From Thelocarpon superellum (Eukaryota), in assembly GCA_026025795.1 (NCBI GenBank), contig JAPEUG010000056.1, positions 44,756-64,755 of the forward strand: a stretch of DNA of 20,000 nucleotides. The letters are read 5' to 3'. The notes under the pieces are model-generated. The model saw nothing but the letters and a program-made list of their open reading frames with translations, ran no database searches and was not told the DNA's origin. The translations under genes and the position numbers were made by a program. Shown here piece by piece: positions 10,032 through 19,900 of the stretch. Every line of letters starts with the position of its first letter. Within the stretch, counting starts at the first letter, position 1.

Positions 10032-11804
10032 CCAGGTTCTTCGTAGAGCAGATGCAGCATCATTCTTAACCATGGCCACAGTTCAGGTTGGCCACACCCT
10101 CCCTGACTATCAGTGAATCGGTTTTGGCGGTAAGCTTCCTCGTCCGGCTCATGAGTTCCGCCGAAGGTACCCCAATTACGAAGCGTCGACGAATCACGCC
10201 ACTTTCTGTCATCGACTGCTGCCCTGCACAATCTCGTCCTCGTGCACGACGATACTGCCGCCGGTTTGTCCGTGATTGTATGATATCTACGAGCTGCTCT
10301 CAGCTGCCAATGGCGCACGTTTGCAGCAATACGAGTAGGATTGGAGCTGCTCGGTTGCATGTGGTGCGAGCTCATGGCCCCACGGCACCTCCACTTGCAG
10401 CGTTCGTGGGCAATGGAAATGGACATGCAATGGATCCTCTGCGAAGGGAGCTCCTAGGGAATGATGGTGGAAGATTCCATGCCCTAGGCTAGCTCGTCGT
10501 CGTTGCACTCACCATGGCTTTACCACACAATTACGTGATGAGAGAGCGTGGGCCACGTCTGAGCCTGACCTCGATGCAGGAGGCGCCAGCCCGACCCCAG
10601 TCCATCGACCGAAGTTTATGTATGGGTAGGTCGTGCAGCGCGAGGGACCGTGTGCCTACAAACGTCTAGAAAGCAGTTTCGATCGCTAGCGACGGCGGCG
10701 ACAGGGATATAGAGTTTACCGCCCTACGCCTACGGTCGCTCCTGCTCCTGTTCCTGAGCAAATCACCGTGGTAAATGCCGAGCGACGACCTGACGGCTCG
10801 CGGATCGGGCGGTCGTAGCGGTGGTGACGAGCAGCGGGTACAGCCATCCGGGCAGGCACGGCATCCGAGGCCACCACGTCGAGAAGTTGGCATGGGCACG
10901 AGCGAGGGCAGGGGGCGCGGGTGCTGTGTTCGATGGCATGCTCGGGAACCACGCTCGTCCGGGCCGTCGTCCTGGTAGGGGAAAGAACGTGGTTGGAGGA
11001 AACGTTGCGGCAGACTCCGGGGTGCCAGCACGACCGGGTTTGTACCGCACTCATAACGGAGGGGATATGCATCGAGTCAGCGTGGGCGGGCCAGCGCCAG
11101 CTCGATCAGCCTTGAGGGTGTTTAGTTGAGTTTTGGCAGGCCGCCGGACGGGCCAGTCATCGGCTGTCGTTTAGAGAGGGCGACGACCGCTTGGTTTCGA
11201 AGGAATGGGCTACCTCCCGGCTACCCAGCGACGGTAGCTCCCCTACGTGCATCGAGCTGGTCCCGGCAGCGTACCCGGTACGCAGGGCAGCTAGCAGGAG
11301 ATAGCAGGAGATAGACACGAGGGCCAAGTCCCCTAGTCTGCCGGCGCAAGCTCGCGCAGACGAGAGCCGGTGCGTCAGTCCAATCCCAGGCTCGTAGACG
11401 GCCGGCCGCAGGTCGCATCTGCACTGCATAGCCGCTTGACGGCCCTGCGTCGTGCGTCCGAGTCACAGCGTGCCCATCCCCTTGAACCCGACGGGGGGCC
11501 GTGACCGACCGCTCGACGACATCTCCTCTTCGTCGTCTCACCGTCTCCCCGTCTCTCGACTCTCGACTTCGCGACGCAGCGTGGGACGGCAAAGTGGGAC
11601 ATCTCCGGCAGTATCGGTGCCGGCACGAGCGAGCAAGGGACGAGTATCGACATCATCGAGTCGCTCAGGCGGCAGGGCAAGGCCGGCCTAGCGTTCAAGG
11701 AGACCCCACTTCGGCGCCCTGGACTCCGCCCTAAAGCTGAATGAATTTGCAAGCTTCCAGAAGCTCGGTTGAGCTACACTGAACAAAGGTCGACCGTCCA
11801 CAAC

Positions 11805-11834
11805 TCCAATTCCAATTCCAATTCCAATTCCAAT
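11805..11834 (+). repeat. (TCCAAT)5 hexanucleotide microsatellite
   Basis: Five perfect tandem TCCAAT units, read directly. Confidence 0.95.
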
Positions 11835-12194
11835 CCGTCCTGCCGTTTCACCACCTCGAGTCTGTCGTCGGGGAGAGCCGGTGCCATTGAGTGACGCGGT
11901 CGAGGTGGAAGTACGAAGTATTTGTAGCACTGGCCTTGGGCCCGGACGACGCTACCTCCTCCACCCATTTGCCCCTCCGCCGTCGACCCTTCCATGAGAC
12001 CTAGCAGCGTCCAGGTGGTCAGCACACCAGATTCTTGGATGTAGTCCTCGGTTATCCGCACGCCATCCTCGACTCCTCTGCGACCCGAGACATCGCCGTT
12101 CATCTCCAACCCTTCCCCTCACGTGCACGAGTTCGCCGGCGCCTGCCCTCGGTGCCCGTGGTGGTAGTCGTGCATCACCGGCCCGTCGGACTCC

Positions 12195-14149
12195 ATGCAG
12201 ACTCCACCGCCGACCAGCATCTCCGCCGGACGGCGGCGGAAGGTGCAGCCCAAGCCACTCACGCCCTCAGGGTCGCTGACGGGCCTCCCGCGGCGGATGT
12301 CATCCATCGGCGCGCACGATCATCCTTTCCAGTTCTCGACCGATGTGACCAACAGCTCGCCGCTGCAACAACTCTCCCCGGACAACATGGATCTCTTTGG
12401 ATATCCCTTGACGGCTCCGCTCACGGCGCCGCTCTCGTCGCAGCACAAGCTCTTCTGGGAGACGGACACGAGCATGCACGGCATGGATTTTGATTTCACT
12501 GGCGGTGACCTGGCACCGTCGGGAGGACTGGGCATGGGCACGAATCACAACTTTGATTGGACTCCCGGTCGTCCGCCGCTCGTGGTGGGGGATGTGGCAC
12601 CATCCCACGTTACACCGCCACATCGCGATATCTTCCCGCACAGCCATGGCTCGACGGATGCGGCGATGGCCACGAGCGGGGCCGACACGAGGTCGTCGGT
12701 CACGGGGATTGCGGGGATGGCGTCGACACAGAGCATGGATGGCGCGGTCAATCCGAGCCTCTTGTTCGCCTTCTCCAGCAGTCCCGTCAACTCGACTTCT
12801 CTCCTTCCCGGCTCGACGGACTCGCAAGGTCTGCATATGGAAAGATCGCGAGAGCCGTACGAGCATCAGCAGGCGGATCTACGGCGAGAGCGCGACGCGG
12901 AGATTCTCCATCGGCCTACGTTCAATGCGGGCCCCACCGGTCCGACCGGCGTGAGCGGGGTCCACTCGGGTGCAACGAGTCAGCCTGGACGGCGACCGAG
13001 TTTAAAGCGAAGTGCGACCGATGTCGCGTTGCACCAGCGTGCCGGGGATCTCGCCGGTCACGCACCCGTCTCCTTTCCGTCGTGCTCGAGCCAGATGGAC
13101 CCCCTTGCATTCGCGTCGAAGCGTCAGTCGCTCAAGAAGTCGCGGATTGATCCCCCGCACGCGCTGCCCAGCCGCTCAAGTGCGTCGAAGCGAACGTCGG
13201 TGACCTTTTCCATCGACTCGAGCGGACGGGCGAAGACGGAGACGACGATCCTGTCGCCTGAGTCACGGCGCGAGGACGAGCGGGACAAGGGGTGGGATGA
13301 TGGCGACAGCGACTCGTCCGCGGCCACCGACCTGGAGATGGTGACGAGCCGGAACGTGTCGTTCAATTTTGCGGACGAGAATCTGCCTCGACCAAAACTT
13401 GCACACTTTGCAACGGATGGGGTACGGGCGCGAGAGCCACGACCGAGCTTGTCCAAGACTCGGCCACTGTCCGGCTCTGGTGGACGAGCGTTCGGTCAGA
13501 TGGATCGGAGCAGCCACACTCCACGCTCCTTTCTTGGCGACGAGGCGGAGAGCGAAGCGGAGACGACGATCGACGGGCACGACGTGCAAGGCGATGCGCA
13601 GCACGCATTGAGAGAGATGTTGGAGCGACGAGGCCGGGCAAAGAAACCGGCTTACCTGGTGACGAGCGCGGCGCGACCCTCTCATTCTCTCCCGGGTCGG
13701 GGAAGTTTCTCAACCATCACCAGCCAGCATCGACCGTATAGCGGGCAGGTTGACCCGTCGACCATCTCTCCCACGACCATCACCGACCCAGACTTGGCCA
13801 CGCCGAGCACCGATCGGGACAGTCAGGCAAGCGAGAGCACTCGATGTGTGTGTAATGCGCCGGATAGCGGAGGATATCTAATGATTCAGTGGTGGGTTCC
13901 CTGGTTCTATCTTTCAATCATTCTCCGGCTAATCCGTGTAGTGACTCGTGCACCAAATGGCTTCACGTGAAATGCGTGGGTCTGAGTAGCACCGCCTTGC
14001 CACCGGTCTATGTGTGCATCTACTGCACTGGACAAACGCCGAACGTTCGAGGCGGTCGAATTCGGGAGCCGACGGTGCGGATGGGCGTGTCCACGACGGG
14101 GCTGACGTCTTCACCGCTGGCCCATAAGTCGCAGCATTTTCATCATTGA
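12195..14149 (+). CDS. Ser/Pro-rich protein with a C-terminal PHD finger (at least 634 aa, 2 exons; true start uncertain)
   Basis: Exon 12195-13891; intron 13892-13941 (GTGGGT..GCTAAT..TAG, 50 nt); exon 13942-14149. Spliced C-terminus TRCVCNAPDSGGYLMIQC|DSCTKWLHVKCVGLSSTALPPVYVCIYC is a C4HC3 PHD finger. Confidence 0.88.
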
Positions 14150-14413
14150 TGTGCCCTACCCAGGCGGTCATCAATGCGGATACCTTGGCCAGGGCTTGAC
14201 GGCGGTTTCTCGTCAACAGAAGGGGGCATTGGGACAGGACTGAACCTGTCATGAAGCTCGGCGCATCTTTCTCGATTGGCGATGCTCGTATACATAGATG
14301 CAGAGGTTACGCAGGGTGGGGTAGGACTGGTATGATAGGGTACGATAGGATATGTAATTAAGGGATCACGAGTGGTGGGTTCAAGTGTGTTGAGTGACGA
14401 GTGCAGAGTAACA

Positions 14414-14452
14414 AGTGTAGAGTGAGTGTAGAGTGTAGAGTGTAGAGTGTAG
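14414..14452 (+). repeat. AGTGTAG heptamer tandem repeat (~5 copies)
   Basis: AGTGTAG-AGTG-(AGTGTAG)4, downstream of the PHD gene stop codon. Confidence 0.9.
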
Positions 14453-14613
14453 AATGTGGGGAGTTGAGCACTGGCCGACTGGCCGACCGTCCCGTCAAGC
14501 GCATCCGCCAGCAAAGTTGCCTCGACCGCGTAGCAGGAAAAGATTCGAGAAAGTGAGTGGAAGAGTTCAATCCAGCCCGACACAAACACATCGCGACAGC
14601 GGACAAGTGACAC

Positions 14614-14655
14614 TCGATAATCGACAATCGACAGTGGACAGTGGACAATCGGCAC
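14614..14655 (+). repeat. Degenerate heptamer tandem repeat (TSGACAR, ~6 copies)
   Basis: TCGATAA TCGACAA TCGACAG TGGACAG TGGACAA TCGGCAC. Confidence 0.8.
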
Positions 14656-15137
14656 ATACCACAGCAGGCAAATGGAAAACCTCATGCCCTCGACCACCAA
14701 CTCGTCATCGGCATGCTGGCCGTATTCATTTCTCGAAGAGAGGCGGGGCCATTCATGATATGTACGATTGAATCTCCCACCTGCCCATTCAGTTATGCGC
14801 CGCTCGCTCCGACAGGGAAAGTTGAGCCGTTAGTCTGTGCACAATTGCATTTCGCGAGGGGGGGAGATGGGACGGGTATGCTGATTAATGTCGTCGCCTC
14901 GTATTCGCGGGATGACTACTGCAAAGTTGCTTTTCATTCATCCTGGTAATATCGCCCACTTTTGCTCCCCTGTCATCCATCCGAAGGTGAAGTCTCTCTT
15001 TCGTGCTCCTACTCATGCGCTTTGTGAAAGGCGCATGAGTTTGGTCGGGATGTGCGGGATATGAGCCGCGTCTCTCGAACGATGAATTGAGATTTATGAT
15101 CCGAGGATGGTCCGTTCTTTGAAGAGAAGAAAAAGGA

Positions 15138-15290
15138 TTCCTCCTCTTCTTCTCTTCCTTCTTCTTCTTCTTCTCCTCCTTCTGCTATCTCTTCTCAGTC
15201 GCTTATTCTTCTTCCTCTTCTTCTTCCTCTTCTTCTTCCTCTTCTTCCTCTTTTTCGTCTCCGTCTTCTACTTCTACATCTTCAGTCTTT
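15138..15290 (+). repeat. Polypyrimidine (CTT/CTC)n tract upstream of the secreted-protein gene
   Basis: About 150 nt of mostly C/T, including repeated CTCTTCTTCTTC units. CT-rich tracts are common in fungal promoters and 5' UTRs. Confidence 0.9.
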
Positions 15291-15440
15291 CAAAATTCCA
15301 CGTCTGTTCCCGAGGAAGCTTGAGTTCCCATGATGCAATCACCCATGACACCCCGGAGAAGACTTCATCGTTTTCAACCCTGCACACCCTTTCGGCCCCT
15401 CCAACAGGACAAGAGGATGGTGCCGACGAAGACGACCAGC

Positions 15441-16670
15441 ATGCCGACGGCGGTCCCAGCAAGCTTCCACGTTGTCCTCATCCTTCTTCTCACCCTCGCC
15501 CTCCCCATCACCACTCAAGCACAACACCAAACGCACGGAAGCGTGAATGTGTGGATGACGCAGCCACCAGCCGACGTGTCGTACGTGGGACCGGACAACG
15601 TGCTATGCGAGGACCTACCCGAAGGCTACTGCTGCAACAACTGGTGGGGCTTCGAAACCGTGCTCTTCACCGGCCTGACCTCGTCGGACTGGGGCATGAC
15701 GTTCCGGCGGCAACCCAGCTGGAACCCGGGCGCCTGGTTCTCCGACTTGGCGCAGCTCATGCACTCCCTCAACACCGAGGAAGAGAGCAGCACCAGTGCC
15801 AGCACCCGCGCCAATAGTGGAGGCGTGACCGGAGCACGCTTGCCGGGGGGAGAAGCAGGCGCAGCAGCAGCACGGGCCCGGCTCCGCGTCGTACCCGGCG
15901 CAGAGCCCGGCAAGAACCACAGTTCCAATCCCTGCTGGATGGGCCACCTGCGCAACATCATGCGGGTGGGCGAGGGCCCGCAGTATCCAGACACCTTCCC
16001 GCCCAGCCGGGGGCTTATCATCTTCCCTGAACAGCTCGTCCACGGTGCCATGTGGGTCACTCATCGCGGAGACGTGCTCGATGTGATTTCGGGAACGATT
16101 GTCCGCGTAGGGGGGTCGTTGCTGTTTAACACGCCGATGGACTTTGCCGTTGCTTTCTGGCACAGTCTCATGGCGGAGAGGGCGGCGAGGTGGCAAGAAA
16201 GTATCATCGGTGTGGGACGCGGTCAATCTGCTCGACCGGGGACGGGAAGAGGGAGAGGGAGAGGGAGGGGAGGAAGGGGGGGCCGAGCGCACGCAGTGGC
16301 TACGGACCATAGCCAATGCGTCGCGAATCTATCGTCCTCCGCCAACAGCAACTCCGCCATTAGCAGCGACGTATCAGAGGGATCCTGCGCCGCAGAGTCC
16401 AGCGACGGCAACACCACCACCACTGAAGGAGAAGGTGGAGGAGGAGGAGGAGGAGGAGGAGAAGGTGGAGGAGGAGGAGGAGAGACAAGGCAGGAAGCAC
16501 ACCTACACGCGATGCTGTCGCAAGAACCCGACCTAGGAATCCTCTACCGCAATCCCTCCATCCTAAGCATCAACGGCACCAACTGGACGGACAGCGGGCG
16601 GAATGATCTCCGCTACTTTGATCCTGCCGGGACTTTGTTGGACTTTGGCGCGCTGTTTGCCCCGTCTTGA
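15441..16670 (+). CDS. Putative secreted protein of unknown function (409 aa from ATG 15441; the ORF is open from 15330)
   Basis: Intronless ORF. MPTAVPASFHVVLILLLTLALPITTQA|Q looks like a signal peptide. It has a Cys motif (CEDLPEGYCC), N-glycosylation sequons (NHS, NLS, NTT, NGT, NWT), GR/RGG and poly-Gly linkers, and a compact C-terminal segment PSILSINGTNWTDSGRNDLRYFDPAGTLLDF. Confidence 0.72.
   Translation: MPTAVPASFHVVLILLLTLALPITTQAQHQTHGSVNVWMTQPPADVSYVGPDNVLCEDLPEGYCCNNWWGFETVLFTGLTSSDWGMTFRRQPSWNPGAWFSDLAQLMHSLNTEEESSTSASTRANSGGVTGARLPGGEAGAAAARARLRVVPGAEPGKNHSSNPCWMGHLRNIMRVGEGPQYPDTFPPSRGLIIFPEQLVHGAMWVTHRGDVLDVISGTIVRVGGSLLFNTPMDFAVAFWHSLMAERAARWQESIIGVGRGQSARPGTGRGRGRGRGGRGGRAHAVATDHSQCVANLSSSANSNSAISSDVSEGSCAAESSDGNTTTTEGEGGGGGGGGGEGGGGGGETRQEAHLHAMLSQEPDLGILYRNPSILSINGTNWTDSGRNDLRYFDPAGTLLDFGALFAPS
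16425..16484 (+). repeat. Coding (GGA)n repeat with a duplicated GAAGGT(GGA)n unit (poly-Gly)
   Basis: GAAGGT followed by GGA runs at 16431 and again at 16461; encodes EGEG(G)nEG(G)n. Confidence 0.9.
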
Positions 16671-16921
16671 AGCCCCGAATGCTTCCCCACCCCCCTCTCG
16701 TGGGTTCGCTCTTGGAGTCTTCTCTTGCATTCCTTCACACCTGATGTATCTATCCATCTATGCGTACATGTATGAGTACTGGTACACCACCTGTCGTATT
16801 CCTGTCGTGTTCCATCGTGTCCCCGTCGCTTGCGTGTTCGTGTACGGCCGTCGTCTCGTGTATCCATCTGACGTAGTCCGCGTCAGAAACCCAAGCTCGA
16901 GAATCAACATGCCGATAACCT

Positions 16922-19900
16922 TCACTCCAACCCAGTGGAGAGACCACCGCCCTTTCCTCCAGAAACTACACCCCCAACCCCGCCCGTCTCCCATTCACCC
17001 AATATCTCGCCCAGCTTCGCAAACTTGACCGGTTTCGTCAGGAACAGGTCCATCCCGCTGCTAAAAGCCTCCGATTGATCGTGTGACGATGCTAGACCCG
17101 TAAGCGCCACGATCAGAGAGGGTGATGGCGTTGGCGTGGGCGCTGACGTGGCCCTCGTATGCTGCATCTGCTTCTCTCGTCGCTCCCGCTCAAGCCCCCG
17201 GATGGCTCGTGTCGCGCTTAACCCATCCATGACTGGCATCGAGACATCTAGTCGTGTCAGTCGATCTCGTCCTCCCCTCGAAGATCGATGCACGTACCCA
17301 TGAAGATTATATCATAGCCCTCGGTCCGCTCCTTCACCGCATCCACCGCTTGCTGCCCATCCTCGGCACTATCGACATGCCGGTACTTCCGCTTCTTCAT
17401 GAATGTCTGCAGCAGCCTCAGGTTGATCGTATTGTCGTCCACGAGGAGAATCCTTGGCTCTCGACGTCCCTTGCCGGATGGTATATTGACATTGGAGTCT
17501 AGCGCTGGATGCGGACTTGATCGCGCCGGCAGATGATGATTGCTCGGTCGAGAGATGGAAATGATTCGCGGTAATCCTCGGGAGTCCGGAAATGGATATC
17601 CATCTGCCTCGGAACGTCGACCCGCCCGACTCGCAGCCTTGCGGGCCACCTCGATAGCCAGGCCCTCCTTGGCCAGCTGTGCATCACGCACGGACCATGC
17701 GAGAGGGCTCACGCGATCATCGGATGCCGAGGCTGTCCCTACCGCCCCACAAACGAGATTCATCCGGTGGATGCAATTCAACACAGCCTTGGCCATCTTG
17801 ACCGCGCCAAAGGGATACGACATTCGCTCCACGATCCGTAAAGGCGGACTGGCGATACGTCCCGTGCTCCATCGCGCATTGTCCATGGAGACAATCAGGA
17901 CGGCGGGCGGGGTGCGATCCACGGTCTTCAGGGCCTCCGCGGCAAAATAGCTTTCGCTTTCCGTCTCGTTGACCACGACCAGGTCTGGCGTCGAGGGTGA
18001 TTCCATGGGTATCAGGTCAGATTGAAACCAGTCGACCAGATACGTCGTGAGCGACGTGACGACCAAAGGCGGAAACGCGTGCACCTGCACTGCGAGTCGT
18101 CGCTGTCGTAGCTCCGGCACGGCCCGCTCCAACATCGTGTGAGTCGCCATCGGTCCCGGCGTGGCGGACGTGGTGCGTGTCATGGGGATGCTGACCTTGA
18201 CCTGGGTCCCTCGACCCTCCTGACTCTTGACGTCAATCTGCCCGCCCAAGAGACGGACGAGATCCTTGACGATGGACAGACCCAACCCGACGCCAGTCGA
18301 CGACACGGCATTCTCTTGCGCAAACGGAGAGAACAGCCGCGTCTGGAGAAATTCCCTCGAGATGCCTCTTCCAGTATCCTCCACCGTAAAGACCACCACG
18401 ACAGGAGATACGCTCAGATCATCGTCGTCGTCCCCGGGCGCCAAGCTTGACCTGGGTCCGTCCACGCCGCCATCTTCAGCTTGCAGCTTGACCTGGATCG
18501 AGCCTCGCTGCGAATACTTAAGCGCATTCCCGACGATGTTCATCATGATCCGTCGGAGTGCACCAGGCTGAGTGATGAAGTTCCAATTCTCTCGGAATTC
18601 TGTGTTCAGTACCACGAGCAAGCGCGGGCCCTCGGTCTCGATTGGAGCTCCTGCGACGCCTTCAATGGTGACCTTGCTGCTTCTGGGACGAGGCTCATCA
18701 TGAGTGGAGGCTGGGGTGGCGTGGAGAATGTCGTGCGAGTAAAAGTGTGCGCCTTCAACCATCTCCACGATCTCTTCGCACAACACGGCAAGATTGGTGG
18801 GGGCATAGAGACTGTGCAGCTCGTCGGTCTGACCTGTTGCGCTGTTCTCGGAGATCGTCGCAGGAGGGTGATGCCTCCCCAAACGAGTCTGTTTCTGCTT
18901 GAGATTGTTGACCTTGGCATAGGCCAAGACGCTAGTAAGGGTCTCATGCAGCGTCGATCCACAGGCATGCACGGAATCGACCAGGCCACGCTGAAAGCTG
19001 TCCAACGACGTATCCGATAGGAAATTGACGGCGCCCAGAATCCCGTGCTAGAGAGGAAGAGAGTATGAGCAGGGTGCCGTCGGTGTGACGTGCGACAACG
19101 TACCAGAGGAGATCGCAGCTCATGCGAGATGCTCGAGATGAATGACGTGGTTTGCCGATCGACCGCGAGGGCCTTGACGCGCGAGACCTCCGCGCTAACG
19201 CTGTTCATGAAGGCGCGAAGATAGGCCAGGTCGATCTCGGCCGTCAAGATTGGCGCATCCCCCTTGATCCAGGCAAAGCAGCCTCCGATCCAGACCGAGC
19301 TGCTCGCGTCGCAGAGTGGCGCGAACAGGATGGATTTGGCACCAGGAAAGCAGGTCAAGAGACGAGAGAACTGGCTTTCCCTATTCCTCCCCCGTGCCTT
19401 GGAGTCTGGAACCACTCGAATTTCCTCATCGTCCGAGCCAGAGAGGATTCGATCACCGTCCACCGCCCACAGCTTTCCGCGTGGATAGCGACGGAATAGG
19501 TATTGTAAGACATCTTCTTCAATTGGCGGGGGATCGCGCGGGAAGGTGCCACCTCGCGTCTGGTCCGGCTCGTGCGACATAGCCCAGCCTAGCACCTGGG
19601 CTCGTTTGTGTGCTTTGACCCCTTGGTTGGAGACGATATGAAAGGTGGAGCTAGTGAAGGTTCTCGCTGCTTGACCCGAAGACGAGGGAGTGTGGTTGGC
19701 CCCTTCGTCCGCGTTGAGTACGGGGCTCCTGCGCCACCTTCCAGCTGTTGGACTGGAGGGATCCGACTCAGGGCCCCACTGTTCAGGCTCGCCCACGTCA
19801 ACTCGAGGATGAAATCCGACCGATGCATTGTAAAACGCAACCCCGTCGATTTCGATGGCTTCACGCAGCAAGTGCGCGGCTCTGGCATAGGCCGCGTGGA

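Noticed and set aside
10535..10568. C/D box snoRNA-like GTGATGA...CTGA
   Set aside because: The boxes are too close together, with no terminal stem, no downstream D box and no guide I can recognise.
10100..12170. Idea that this segment is reversed or complemented (artefact), because its non-reversed complement shows branch-point-like words and an open frame
   Set aside because: Word usage in 10100-10620 (many CATG and CAAT, few GTAC and TAAC) matches normal orientation, and neither transformed version joins the flanking genes convincingly; treated as chance.
13892..13970. C-terminus of the PHD ORF as listed in the track (WWVPWFYLSII...)
   Set aside because: It is read-through into a 50-nt intron; splicing completes the PHD finger.
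15107..15817. 236-aa ORF with a very hydrophobic L/F-rich N-terminus
   Set aside because: The hydrophobic stretch is only the translation of the CTT microsatellite, and the rest is an alternative frame of the secreted-protein gene.
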